Part shown: piece by piece, positions 32,115-42,611 of the stretch
Numbering within the stretch: the first letter of the stretch is position 1
Layout of the letters: each line of letters starts with the position of its first letter
Assembly: GCA_043813585.1 (NCBI GenBank)
Contig: JBDRKW010000020.1
Coordinates: 193,185-257,184, forward strand
Source of the DNA: Candidatus Kerfeldbacteria bacterium
GTDB lineage: Bacteria; Patescibacteriota; Patescibacteriia; UBA9570; XYC2-FULL-38-9
Direction: 5' to 3'
Length of the DNA stretch: 64,000 bases
Translations under genes and position numbers: made by a program
Notes under the pieces: generated by a model
Told to the model about the DNA's origin: nothing
Seen by the model: only the letters and a program-made list of their open reading frames with translations
The model's database searches: none

Positions 32115-33806
32115 CTACACTGTGCCGTATTGAACCGTTCGAAGTTTTTCCAATTCCTTTATATGCGTCGATCGCTTCCTCTTAATGCTCCCTTTTAAAA
32201 TATTGATCAGGTAGTCCGCGCCGATCAGCGTGGGATAGATGACAAAACTTGCTCCATGCTCATAAAACTCCAGCGCATCATCAATATCGTACGCAGTCAC
32301 AATAACCTGCGTATCAATCTTATTCTTTTTTACATAGTCGAGAAACTCCAATATGACTCTGGGGTTATGGACTGTTGAAACCACATATTCGGCCGATGCA
32401 ATACCTGCTTTTTCTACAACCTCTTCATCATTCATGCTTCCATACAAATGCGGGATGTCGCTTTCTCCCAGCTTTTCTATAACGTCAGGGTTGTAATCAA
32501 CAATAACGAGCGGCTTTTTGAGCGCTCTAATGATCTGCTCCGCTTTATAACCCATGGTGTGATGGCCGAACAGAATAACATGGTTCTGCAGGCCCTTTGG
32601 GAGCGACTCAGACCCGATGCCGCTTGAATCGCGCTCAAACTTGCGCAATAACGGACGAAAAATTGCATAGAGAGGCTCTCCATACTCAATCATATACGCA
32701 GAGAGCGTCATCGTAACCAAACCAATCAGCGCAACTAGGGAAACGATATCCTCACTGATAATTCCAGCTGTAAAACCTGCGCTCACCAATATAAAGGAAA
32801 ATTCGCTCACCTGTCCGATTGATATGCCAGCCATAAAGCTGGTACGCGTTCTGTACCGTAAGAGTAACAGCACGCCTATCACGACAATCGGCGAAACAAT
32901 TAACACAAGAATAGATAGCAATACTGTTGGCACTGCTATATTGCTGCCGCCCCCAAACATCAGCTGCCCTCCGAGAATTGCGAAAAAGATCGGCAGGAAG
33001 AAATCCCGCAACGATTTCACGCGATGAGCGATCTCAATACTGTATGGAAGGAATGATAAGCTGACTCCGGCGAGCAGTGCGCCGACTTCAATGGAAAAAC
33101 CCAGAAAAATAGAAAGTATCACGAATATCAAACACCAGCAGATTGAGCCTAAAAACAACAATTCAGTCGAACGCGCAAAAAATTTAAACACATGAACAAG
33201 CAGATACTTGGACGTGATAAATGCGAGTGCGAACAGTAATAATCCTTTAACCACTGTTAAGCCAATTTCAGAGACAAGCGCGGATCCGCTTGTATCGCCT
33301 GTAAAAACATTGAAAAAAATCAGGAACAGTACTGCGATGAAGTCCTGCGTCAGCATTATGCCGATGACAATCTGGCCAAACAGAGTATCAAGCTCTTTCC
33401 GCTCGCTCAACAGCTTCATCACCACAATCGTACTGGAGAACCCAAGCGCTGTTGCCAGGAAAAACGCCGCAGCGCTGTCAAAGCCGAGCATCCGTATAAT
33501 GAAAAATCCGATTCCGATTGATGCGGCCATCTGCACGACGCCAAGCAGGATCGCCACCTTGCCAGACTTCAGCAATTTGCGCAGATCAAGCTCAATGCCC
33601 ACAAGAAACAAGAGAAAAGCTATACCAAACGTTGATAGTGTTTCCAAAAACTCCCCCCGCTCGATAACGTGGAGTACAGGAGGTCCCAATAAAACGCCTG
33701 CCAGAATATACGCCGGTATCATCGGTTGGCGAAGCAGTTTTGCTACCGCAGCACAAACCGTGCCTACAATCAGTATCAGGCTTATCTCAAAAAAGATGGA
33801 CTCCAT
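32115..33806 (-). CDS. CPA2/Kef-type cation:proton antiporter with TrkA-N domain
   Basis: FLLFLVGIEL, FSST, QVSEFSF, C-terminal Rossmann-like VDYNP. Confidence 0.9.
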   Translation of the reverse strand: MESIFFEISLILIVGTVCAAVAKLLRQPMIPAYILAGVLLGPPVLHVIERGEFLETLSTFGIAFLLFLVGIELDLRKLLKSGKVAILLGVVQMAASIGIGFFIIRMLGFDSAAAFFLATALGFSSTIVVMKLLSERKELDTLFGQIVIGIMLTQDFIAVLFLIFFNVFTGDTSGSALVSEIGLTVVKGLLLFALAFITSKYLLVHVFKFFARSTELLFLGSICWCLIFVILSIFLGFSIEVGALLAGVSLSFLPYSIEIAHRVKSLRDFFLPIFFAILGGQLMFGGGSNIAVPTVLLSILVLIVSPIVVIGVLLLLRYRTRTSFMAGISIGQVSEFSFILVSAGFTAGIISEDIVSLVALIGLVTMTLSAYMIEYGEPLYAIFRPLLRKFERDSSGIGSESLPKGLQNHVILFGHHTMGYKAEQIIRALKKPLVIVDYNPDVIEKLGESDIPHLYGSMNDEEVVEKAGIASAEYVVSTVHNPRVILEFLDYVKKNKIDTQVIVTAYDIDDALEFYEHGASFVIYPTLIGADYLINILKGSIKRKRSTHIKELEKLRTVQYGTV

Positions 33807-33828
33807 ATTGCAGTATTATACCACTTTT

Positions 33829-34848
33829 TCATGATTCATTAAAGGAGAAGACCTCTTTGCCCGTTTCCCACATAGTCGGATCATCGTATTTCAATTTTAA
33901 CCAGTACCACCACTCAACGCCCCATAAATAAACTTCGGAAAAACCGGTGCGTCTGACATAATCCACATTGCTCAGGAGGCGTTCGCTGTCCATTGACCGG
34001 TACTGTTCTTCCAGGGTTGCAGTAAGTATTGATGACGGCACCCACGGTTCAACCTGCAGCTCGGACACGATAGTGTCTTTCACCAGCGGTGCGATTACTC
34101 CTGCTTTGGCCGTATACATTGTCGGCGGTACCGGATAATAGAAATACCCCCAAAACGAATTCCACGTCACGCGGTACATGCTGATTCCCAGGATATCCGC
34201 CAGCTGCGCCGTTTCCGTCCACGTACTCAATTCACCACTATCGGTAATGATAATGTCTCGTGCAGGATCGATTTCTCTCACTAAATCGACGCTTTCGGCC
34301 ACAAACTCCGGATCCGGTTCCGGGCACTCGCCAAAGACTCCGAACAGCGGCTCATTCTGAACCTGCCAGCGCATGATTGCTGGATGATCCTTCAGCTCCG
34401 TGGTCACGGTGCGAATCATGGCAAGTTCCGCATCCTGTATCTCATCTTCAAACAGGTAGCGCGTCCACTTGGGCGGATGGCACTCCGGCCATCGGGGCAC
34501 GCGCCGGCCGACCGCGGGCGTCACGCGCGCTCCGCGCTTCTGTGCTTCGTCCAGCATCCAGCGCACGTCATCCAGATTCACCTGGCCCTGTTTTTTTTCT
34601 ATCTCATCCCAGTATATCGGAATTCTAAGAACACGGATCTCCATATCATCCAGCAATGCAATGTAGACCTTCTTCCAGTCCAGTCCGAGCTCTTTACAAT
34701 ATTTTGTGCTGAACGTCGCACCCATAATCGGCTCTGCTTTGTACGGCTGCTTCGCATACACGCTCCATAACATAATTCCAATACCGATACAGACGGCAAC
34801 AAGCGGAAACAGAATAAATATTGCGATATGTCGTTTTGTATGTCTCAT
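33829..34848 (-). CDS. Membrane-anchored clan GH-A glycoside hydrolase
   Basis: N-terminal TM; RIPIYWDEIE, WQVQNEP (acid/base), SELQVEPW (probable nucleophile). Confidence 0.75.
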   Translation of the reverse strand: MRHTKRHIAIFILFPLVAVCIGIGIMLWSVYAKQPYKAEPIMGATFSTKYCKELGLDWKKVYIALLDDMEIRVLRIPIYWDEIEKKQGQVNLDDVRWMLDEAQKRGARVTPAVGRRVPRWPECHPPKWTRYLFEDEIQDAELAMIRTVTTELKDHPAIMRWQVQNEPLFGVFGECPEPDPEFVAESVDLVREIDPARDIIITDSGELSTWTETAQLADILGISMYRVTWNSFWGYFYYPVPPTMYTAKAGVIAPLVKDTIVSELQVEPWVPSSILTATLEEQYRSMDSERLLSNVDYVRRTGFSEVYLWGVEWWYWLKLKYDDPTMWETGKEVFSFNES

Positions 34849-36188
34849 GAACGTTTTTCTTTATGTACGCCATGCCCGATAAACCGCAGCAAATCGTGCG
34901 AGATCGCGTTGTCCTTGCAGATGTTCGCATAGACGTATGCACTGGGGCGCGGCGTCCGTTTAAATGTATTGTAGTTCACATCAACCAGGCCGAACCGCGG
35001 CGTGAAACCTTTATCCCATTCAAAATTATCCAGCAGGGACCAGTGGAAATAGCCGCGCACATCCACACCCGCTTTTATCGCATGGTACATCTCCTTCAGG
35101 TGAGAAACGATAAAGCGCGACCGCTTGTCATCATTGTCTGCTGCAATGCCGTTTTCGGTTATAAAAATCGGCTTCTTGTACCTGCTCATATCCATCAATG
35201 CATCAAAAAAGCCCGGCGCATAGACTTCCCAGCCAAGAGAAGACGTTTCTCTCTGTTCATCTTTGCGCACATCTACTAAATGAAAGCGCGTATTGCCGTC
35301 TCGCCGCACGCGCTGATGCAGGTAATAATTCACTCCGATAAAATCGTGGTACCGGCGCGTTTTTGAAAAAAACAGGTGGTTCCAGACGTACTCGGAAAAA
35401 CGAATAAACAAATAATCGGCAAATGAATCATGGTACGACTCCATTGAGATTACGTTCTTCGCTATGCCCACGCTCGCTTCGCGCTTCTGTTTGCCCAACT
35501 CCGCATGAATCTCCCTGTACGCCATCTTATGGCCGCGAACCATGTTGCGGAACGCCTTCACCATGCGCCATCTGTTTTTATCCTGCGGCGGCCAGACAGC
35601 CTGGCGATAGCACTGCGTGATATAGATCATCGGTTCGTTGATCGTAATCCAGTGGTCGACATACTCGCCAAGATGCTCTGCCAAAAACTCGGCATAACGG
35701 GCAAACAGCAGCGGAGTTTCATCGTTCGCCCATCCGCCTTTTAATGCAATCCATTGCGGGCTTGTGAAGTGATGCAGCGTTACTGCAGGGCTCATGCCGC
35801 GTTCTTTTAACGATTGAAGCACGTCGCGATAATGCTCGACCTCGTCCCAGTCCCACTGCCCTTCTTCCGGTTCGATTCTGCTCCATTCTACAGACAGACG
35901 GTGCGCGTTATGGTGCAGTTTTTGCGCCAATTCAAAATCCTCCTCATACCGGTTGTAATGGTCGGTCGCTCTGCCCGAAACCTCGCCCGTTTCAATGCTC
36001 CCTTTTCTCTGTTCCCACGCCCACCAATCGTTATGGATATTGTTACCCTCCACCTGATGGGCTGAAGTGGCAGCGCCCCATAAAAAACCCTTCGGGAATT
36101 CCAGCGGGTCGTGATGATGGCCGACCTTCTTTGAGCGCGCAACGCGCTTTGACCGTTTCGGCGGCTGTTTTGCCTTCGATTTAGCCAT
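34845..36188 (-). CDS. Glycoside hydrolase family 1 (beta-glucosidase-like)
   Basis: FLWGAATSAHQVEG, TINEP, ITENG, WSLLDNFEW. Confidence 0.95.
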   Translation of the reverse strand: MAKSKAKQPPKRSKRVARSKKVGHHHDPLEFPKGFLWGAATSAHQVEGNNIHNDWWAWEQRKGSIETGEVSGRATDHYNRYEEDFELAQKLHHNAHRLSVEWSRIEPEEGQWDWDEVEHYRDVLQSLKERGMSPAVTLHHFTSPQWIALKGGWANDETPLLFARYAEFLAEHLGEYVDHWITINEPMIYITQCYRQAVWPPQDKNRWRMVKAFRNMVRGHKMAYREIHAELGKQKREASVGIAKNVISMESYHDSFADYLFIRFSEYVWNHLFFSKTRRYHDFIGVNYYLHQRVRRDGNTRFHLVDVRKDEQRETSSLGWEVYAPGFFDALMDMSRYKKPIFITENGIAADNDDKRSRFIVSHLKEMYHAIKAGVDVRGYFHWSLLDNFEWDKGFTPRFGLVDVNYNTFKRTPRPSAYVYANICKDNAISHDLLRFIGHGVHKEKRS

Positions 36189-37101
36189 TGAGCGCAGATT
36201 GGGAAACGAGATATAATCCGATGCTGATGATAATTACTCCAATAATCTTGACCACGAGAGATTTGTGCGTCATTGCCTCCTGCAATAATTTCGGCCACTT
36301 TACTGAAGCGACAACTGCCATCACAAGCAGGAAGGCGTACTGCACGCCCTGAAGCGCGTTCACAAGGGAAACCGATGCCAATGAAATGGCATAGTTCACA
36401 AATATAAAACCGCCGGCGCCAAACGCCTGGGCAATAATGTAGTACAGCCCGGCCTTTTCCTTGAAGATCGACATAGATTCCTTAATCGCCTTGCGATGGC
36501 TCGCCCACAGAAGAAACACCAGCGCAATTGCAAACGAACCGAACCGCTGCCATACAAACGCGCTGAAAAACGGCTGGGCGTCATACGCAATTTTCGTCAG
36601 CCCAAATGAGATAGCAAATAATACGGCAGCGCCCGATCCGAACAGCCACGCTTTCACCCCCTGCTTTTCCTTTTTCTCGCTGTCGCCTCCGACCTCAATG
36701 GCAATGACAATCGTACCGACAACCAGTATGCCAAATGCCAATAATGTACCTCCGGTTAAACGCTCGTCCAGGAACAGCAATTCAAATATCCATGTAAACA
36801 ACGGAATGCCGCCGCCAATAAAAGGGACGATTCGGGATGCTTCTGCGCCTTTTAGTGCGAGGAAAAAAAACAACAGCGCTCCGATATAGAGCGCGCCGGT
36901 GATCAGGTTAAGCGCAATGAGCTTGCCCTCGGGAATTTCAAATCCAAACGGGATCAAGACGATGCCCAGCAACCCCAGAATGCCGATAAAAAATGTAAAA
37001 GCATAGGGGTTCGTGATCGATTTTGTGAGCAGAACCTTGTCCAGAACGTACGAAATAGCGTTCAGGAAGTGTCCAATTAAAACCGCAAGTAGCCAATGCA
37101 T
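36181..37101 (-). CDS. EamA/DMT-family transporter
   Basis: About 10 TM helices in two repeats; overlaps the GH1 start. Confidence 0.75.
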   Translation of the reverse strand: MHWLLAVLIGHFLNAISYVLDKVLLTKSITNPYAFTFFIGILGLLGIVLIPFGFEIPEGKLIALNLITGALYIGALLFFFLALKGAEASRIVPFIGGGIPLFTWIFELLFLDERLTGGTLLAFGILVVGTIVIAIEVGGDSEKKEKQGVKAWLFGSGAAVLFAISFGLTKIAYDAQPFFSAFVWQRFGSFAIALVFLLWASHRKAIKESMSIFKEKAGLYYIIAQAFGAGGFIFVNYAISLASVSLVNALQGVQYAFLLVMAVVASVKWPKLLQEAMTHKSLVVKIIGVIIISIGLYLVSQSALNG

Positions 37102-37125
37102 AAAAATATTATACCATATTATTAA

Positions 37126-38424
37126 CTAATAATTGTGGAATACCCAGTTCGCAAACGTCCAGTCTGCCAGCGCATACGCCTCCTGAAATATGGTGTTGTA
37201 TTCAGGATTTCCAAGCAGCACCACGATAATGGTATGGCCTGTTTCTTTCTCAATTATTTTTGTAACAAGCGTCCTATCCGCAGAACCCGGCAGATACCCG
37301 GTTTTAAACGCAAGAAGTTCGTACTTGCCGTTTCCTTCAAACTTGTTAGTTGTGTAAAGTGAAATTTCACGGTCTGAATTTGCCAGATCGAACGTATACA
37401 CACCCGTAGATGCGGCCTCACTAAATAAATCCGGGTACGCATCAAACACGGTTCGTGCAAGTTGTGCGACATTTCCCGCCGAAGAAACATTATGAGAATT
37501 TAATCCGCTCGGTTCAACGAACGACGTCTTCTTCAGGTTCATCTCTGCCATCCTGTTGTTCATCTGCGTCACAAATAGGTCCTGTTCCGGCCATGAAGCT
37601 TCTGCAGAAAGCATAATCGCCATATTATTTGCCGACTTCATGAGAACACCCATCAACACCTGCTTGAGCGTTAAGACATCGCCGCCATGTAGTGGAACCG
37701 TCGCGCCAATGCGGTCGCAAGCTGAACGGTACTGAACTTCTTTATTTAAGTCCGGCTTTGACTCCAAAAACACAAGTGTCGTAGCCAGTTTTGTCAGTGA
37801 TGCGATCGAACGCTGCTTCTTGGCGTCTTTGCGGAAAAGAAATTTTCCGCTCTTCTCATCAATGACCGCTGCCGTATCAGAATGCGGGGGCAGGTAGTAC
37901 GGGTTATAGGCAACGCTTCGTACCGGTACCTCTTTCTTCCACTTATGCGTCACAGCTATAATTTTTCCGGACTGCGCCGGAAGTACTGCATTCAACAGTA
38001 GTACATTTTTATCGACGATGGTGTGAAGCTTCACCCATTTGTCCGTGTCCGCTTTCAGGTACATCACCCGGTGTCTGCGGTCTTTGTCGCCACTCCGATA
38101 TTTCAGAGCAACGGGAATCGGCTGGTTTGGCTGATTGCTGAACCAATAGGAATAGACAATGCGTTTTGACCGCCATCGCTTTGGAATCGATGGCATTTCA
38201 GGACGCGAGCCGTACGGTCCCCTGTCGCGCAAACGCACGCGCGTATCGGCATTCAACGATCCTGCTGGTATCGTCAACTGTACATCCTTCCACTTCACCG
38301 ATACATCGTGATTCTCTAAAACATGTTTGGGAATTTTTGTGCTGTACCAATCCCGCTCTGCATGAACTGCCGAAGGCAGACAAACAAAGAAAACCAGCGC
38401 AATGCCAACGATCCACCTATTCAT
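37126..38424 (-). CDS. Secreted S11 D-alanyl-D-alanine peptidase with an extra N-terminal domain
   Basis: Signal peptide; ASLTK (SxxK), SAN (SxN), KTG. Confidence 0.88.
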   Translation of the reverse strand: MNRWIVGIALVFFVCLPSAVHAERDWYSTKIPKHVLENHDVSVKWKDVQLTIPAGSLNADTRVRLRDRGPYGSRPEMPSIPKRWRSKRIVYSYWFSNQPNQPIPVALKYRSGDKDRRHRVMYLKADTDKWVKLHTIVDKNVLLLNAVLPAQSGKIIAVTHKWKKEVPVRSVAYNPYYLPPHSDTAAVIDEKSGKFLFRKDAKKQRSIASLTKLATTLVFLESKPDLNKEVQYRSACDRIGATVPLHGGDVLTLKQVLMGVLMKSANNMAIMLSAEASWPEQDLFVTQMNNRMAEMNLKKTSFVEPSGLNSHNVSSAGNVAQLARTVFDAYPDLFSEAASTGVYTFDLANSDREISLYTTNKFEGNGKYELLAFKTGYLPGSADRTLVTKIIEKETGHTIIVVLLGNPEYNTIFQEAYALADWTFANWVFHNY

Positions 38425-39661
38425 AACGCAGCGCTTCAATCGGATTGAGCCGCGAAGCTTTTATCGCGGGATACAGTCCAAAAATAATACCCACAGTTAC
38501 GGATACGCCGCAGGAAATAAGAATTGCAGTCGGAACCAGTACATATTCCACGCCCCACCCAGGCTGAAGAAGATTAATAATATACGCACTCGTAAAACTC
38601 AGGCCAAGCCCAACCCCTATTCCAAGCAGTCCGCCGACTGTGGTCAGCACTACCGCTTCAATCAGGAATTGGCTTAGGATAGAGCCGTTCTTCGCACCTA
38701 TTGCCTTGCGGAGACCAATCTCCTTCGTGCGTTCCTTTACGGTTACAAGCATGATATTCATGATGCCGATACCGCCTACCACCAGTGAGATGGCCGCGAC
38801 AGCGCTGATAAACAGCTGGACCCCGAGCAATATGGTGCTGAACGTATCGAGCGCAGCTTCTCTGCTCGCGATCAAAAACGGCTCTTCATCTTTCCCTAAA
38901 ATATCATGCTGTTGCCGTAATACATAATCCAGCCTATTTTCAAACGACTCCACGTTCGTGCCTGCTTCAAATTCAATAAGGAAAAAAGAAATCATATCCG
39001 CATCAACAGGATCAATGAAGAGCTCGCGCATTGAAGTAAGCGGTATAAACACGATGTGCGGTATAAACTCGCCGATCGGACCGGATGCCATGTCTTCACT
39101 TACGCCAATGACGGTAAATGACGATCCGCCCAGTTTGATACGCTCGCCTATTGCACTGCCGCTAAACATCTCTTCTGCCAGCCGTTCGCCGATAACAATT
39201 ACGCGCGATGCGCTTTGGTAATCCGCGTCGTTAAATAGCCGTCCCTCGATTTGATGAAGATTATTCGCCGTAAATACAGCAGGCCGGTCGCCATAGACTG
39301 ATACCGACTCGGTTAATCCCTGGTATACCAAATTATCAATCCGCATCACGCCTGCAGAAATTGCGCTCACTTCAGGCAGCAACGTTGACTCGCTAACAGC
39401 AGTTACGTCATCTTCCGTAAAGACGATCTGTTCAGACGATTCAAAAGGGCCAAAACTACCGGTGGGCGCCACCTCAATAACATTCGTCCCGAACTGCTTT
39501 AGCTGGAACAGCAGAAAATTCTTCGCAATTTCGCCCGCGGTCATAATATAGATAACAGACCCGATGCCGATAATAATGCCAAGCATTGTCAGCAGTGAAC
39601 GTGCCTTGTTCTTGGTCAGCTGCCGGAGCGCTGTTGTGAGGTATGCGATAAAATATTTCAT
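38417..39661 (-). CDS. MacB/FtsX-family ABC permease
   Basis: RSLLTMLGIIIGI, GGIGIMNIMLVTVKERTKEIGLRKAIGA, PIEALRYE. Confidence 0.95.
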   Translation of the reverse strand: MKYFIAYLTTALRQLTKNKARSLLTMLGIIIGIGSVIYIMTAGEIAKNFLLFQLKQFGTNVIEVAPTGSFGPFESSEQIVFTEDDVTAVSESTLLPEVSAISAGVMRIDNLVYQGLTESVSVYGDRPAVFTANNLHQIEGRLFNDADYQSASRVIVIGERLAEEMFSGSAIGERIKLGGSSFTVIGVSEDMASGPIGEFIPHIVFIPLTSMRELFIDPVDADMISFFLIEFEAGTNVESFENRLDYVLRQQHDILGKDEEPFLIASREAALDTFSTILLGVQLFISAVAAISLVVGGIGIMNIMLVTVKERTKEIGLRKAIGAKNGSILSQFLIEAVVLTTVGGLLGIGVGLGLSFTSAYIINLLQPGWGVEYVLVPTAILISCGVSVTVGIIFGLYPAIKASRLNPIEALRYE

Positions 39662-40347
39662 ACAAGCATCCCATCCCGCATGCGCAGGTTGCGTCGCGCA
39701 TAGGCGGCGATATTCGCCTCGTGCGTAACCATTATTATTGTTTTACCCTCTCCATTGAGGTCTTCAAAAATTTCCATAACCTCTTTGGCGGTTACTGTGT
39801 CAAGGTTGCCCGTGGGCTCGTCACAAAAAATCATTTTCGGATTATTTACCAATGCGCGCGCAATAGACACCCGTTGCTGCTGCCCACCGGATAATTCGTT
39901 CGGGCGATGGTAGATGCGGCTCTCCAGCCCCACCCGCACCAGGGCATCATAAGCGCGCTGCTTCTGTTCTGCCGTATTCACGCCGGCATACAGAAGCGGC
40001 AGACGTACGTTATCCAGTGCGGTTGTCCGCGGCAACAGATGAAACTGCTGAAACACGAACCCGATAAAAAAATTCCTTAATTGAGCGCGATAATCTTCTG
40101 TGAACGATTCTATATCCTCTCCTGAAAATAAATATGAGCCCGACGATGGCTCATCTAAAAACGCCAGAAGGTTCATCAGCGTTGACTTGCCAGAACCGGA
40201 CGGTCCCATTAATGAGATAAATTCACCTTCTTTTACCTTAAGATCAACCCCACGAACTGCCGGGATGGGAACATCGCCGTTCCAATACGTCTTCTTGAGG
40301 TTTTTGACCTCAATAAGCAGCTCCTTTTTTTTCTTCTTTTCAGGCAT
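39658..40347 (-). CDS. ABC transporter ATP-binding protein (LolD/MacB type)
   Basis: GPSGSGKST, LSGGQQQRV, DEPTGNLD, VTHE. Confidence 0.96.
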   Translation of the reverse strand: MPEKKKKKELLIEVKNLKKTYWNGDVPIPAVRGVDLKVKEGEFISLMGPSGSGKSTLMNLLAFLDEPSSGSYLFSGEDIESFTEDYRAQLRNFFIGFVFQQFHLLPRTTALDNVRLPLLYAGVNTAEQKQRAYDALVRVGLESRIYHRPNELSGGQQQRVSIARALVNNPKMIFCDEPTGNLDTVTAKEVMEIFEDLNGEGKTIIMVTHEANIAAYARRNLRMRDGMLV

Positions 40348-40359
40348 TCATCCTATCGG

Positions 40360-41346
40360 TTAGAAAATTGATCTTGCTGTCGTGGGCACGTACAGCATGA
40401 CCTCGTCTCCTGCGCGGAGACCGTCAATAATTTCGATGTATTCATCGCCCTGAAAGCCCGTTTCAATATATCTCTTCTCAAGAATCACCGTCACATCTTC
40501 TACGCCAGCGGCACGGCTGACAAAGTCCGCATCGATGATAGGCACCAAAAACACGTATGTCTGATCGTCCGTATCATATTGAATTGCGCCGGTAACGACA
40601 GAAACCGTGTCACTCCGCTCCTCAACGACAATTTCCAGGTCAACGGAAAGCCCCAGCGTTTTTGTCAGCTGTTCCGGCAAATCGCCTGATGATACTTTGA
40701 CCAGATAGCCGACATCTGTTGTCTGTGCAGCTTCCGCAGGGCTCGGAACAAACTTTTTGACATCAACAAATTCAACCTCTCCGGTGTACACCTCTTTTCC
40801 GTTTTCGTACGTTGGGACCGTTATCATAACTTCCTGTCCTACCGACAAATTCAGTATTTCGGAATCCGACGCCAAGAATTGAATATGGCTGGACCGGTAT
40901 GCGACTAGCACAAGCTGTTCTGCCGGGGACACAACGTCATTTGGAAAACTGTTCATTGCAATCACCCGTCCGTCATACGGCGCTTCGAGCTCCTGCGTAA
41001 ATGTCGGTCCGCCGGCGCTCACATCGATCGTTGCCAGCACATCCCCTTCCGTTACATCATCGCCTACCTCAACATTAACTTCGTTTACCGTACCCGCTCC
41101 GGCCGGATAGAGCGCTGTCACTTCATCAGGTACAATGGTTCCGTTTGTTGAGATTGTCTTCTTGATCGTCCTGTTTTGCACGTCTACGGATTCTTCCAGG
41201 TAAGAATAGGAATCAAGAAGCGCCTGCCGGTATGCTCCAACTCCTATTGTCGAACCGATAATAAGTACAATCGCCAATACTATCAGAAACCAGAACCACC
41301 ATCTTTTATAAATCGGCTTCTTCTTTGGCTTTGGAATGTCGGCCAT
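40360..41346 (-). CDS. MacA-like membrane fusion/adaptor protein
   Basis: N-terminal TM, lipoyl half-motifs (VEVGDDVTEGDVL; APYDGRV), C-terminal GLRAGDEV. Confidence 0.8.
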   Translation of the reverse strand: MADIPKPKKKPIYKRWWFWFLIVLAIVLIIGSTIGVGAYRQALLDSYSYLEESVDVQNRTIKKTISTNGTIVPDEVTALYPAGAGTVNEVNVEVGDDVTEGDVLATIDVSAGGPTFTQELEAPYDGRVIAMNSFPNDVVSPAEQLVLVAYRSSHIQFLASDSEILNLSVGQEVMITVPTYENGKEVYTGEVEFVDVKKFVPSPAEAAQTTDVGYLVKVSSGDLPEQLTKTLGLSVDLEIVVEERSDTVSVVTGAIQYDTDDQTYVFLVPIIDADFVSRAAGVEDVTVILEKRYIETGFQGDEYIEIIDGLRAGDEVMLYVPTTARSIF

Positions 41347-41477
41347 ACATAAAAATTTATAGATAATATCTAAATTATTATACCAAAAAACAAGCTCTGG
41401 GTAAACTGCGCATAACGTCGTATAACTAACTCATCACGGTCTGTAATCGACGTATTTTTCTACCTTAACTCTTTAGT

Positions 41478-42575
41478 TTAATTTTTTGTTCGGAAATACT
41501 TAAAGTCCCCGTACATCGTCTTCTCCCCTGTGACATACTGAACGCGCATGCGTACTTTATAGCGGTGATCTTTGTTCAAATATTCTTTAGTAATGATTTT
41601 GGATGTATAAGCAGCGCTAATATTTCTGAATGTCTTTATTTTAGTGCCGTTTCTGGTCTGTAGCTGCATGATATACTTCACAACAAACCGCCGCGCAACG
41701 GGGCGGTCCCAGCGAACGAGTGCCAGCCGTTTTCCCAGATGCTTTTTGGGGACACGGGGTTGATTAAAACGGGTGCGGTTTACTTTGATAGAGGTCAGGG
41801 TGTTCTTGATCTCACTTGAGAACACCGGCTCGTCGCTTCCATGAACCGGCGATACCTTTACATAATACGTCGTTTCTTTGTCGAGATCCTGCACAAGCAA
41901 CTGGTTGCTGCTGGTCGTTTTCGTTATTGACTGGGCGCTCCATGACGCGGCGTTCAAACCTGCTTCTGATTTTCCGTACGTTACCCTATAGGAAGTGGCG
42001 TTCGGGTACGGCTTCCATTTGACGCCGATGCTCCGTCCAAACGCTTCCGCATAAAAATTCTGTATTATGCACCCCACCCCCAGGCCAAACGTATCTGATA
42101 AATGATAATCATCTTCATTCGCGTATGACGGGTCAGTGGTGGTGGTCGCAAAGCGGAAACAACCGGCAGATGAAGGGTTCACGACATTTTCTAGTTTCAC
42201 CCTGTAGGTGTTACTGCGCTCCATCTGAGACGACAGCTGTATACGGTACATTTCATTTTCAGAACCATAGGCATCCCCTGTGCCGGTAAAACCGGTATGA
42301 GCAGACGATGTGCTGGCAAAATCAAATCCGGAATCCGCAAAGTCAGACCCCGTAGTTCCAACTACGCCAATATACAGATATTCACCCGGCTCAACATCTG
42401 AATTATCGGCAATAGTAATGTCCAGCACATAATCAGTGCTGGATTCGGTCTGATGCGATCCCTGGTACACAACATCAACCGTGTCGATTGAAGTGTCGGA
42501 AGCGTATGCGCCGACAGGTAAAAATACAGCCGCGCATAATGCTGCGCCGATTGAAGTTTGCCATTTCATTTTCAT
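41478..42575 (-). CDS. Secreted fibronectin type III domain protein
   Basis: Signal peptide (AYA); FN3 signatures W....ATSYRVTY and LDKETTYYVKV. Confidence 0.75.
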   Translation of the reverse strand: MKMKWQTSIGAALCAAVFLPVGAYASDTSIDTVDVVYQGSHQTESSTDYVLDITIADNSDVEPGEYLYIGVVGTTGSDFADSGFDFASTSSAHTGFTGTGDAYGSENEMYRIQLSSQMERSNTYRVKLENVVNPSSAGCFRFATTTTDPSYANEDDYHLSDTFGLGVGCIIQNFYAEAFGRSIGVKWKPYPNATSYRVTYGKSEAGLNAASWSAQSITKTTSSNQLLVQDLDKETTYYVKVSPVHGSDEPVFSSEIKNTLTSIKVNRTRFNQPRVPKKHLGKRLALVRWDRPVARRFVVKYIMQLQTRNGTKIKTFRNISAAYTSKIITKEYLNKDHRYKVRMRVQYVTGEKTMYGDFKYFRTKN

Positions 42576-42611
42576 AAGCGAAGTATTATCTATTTAAAGT
42601 AACTATAACAA

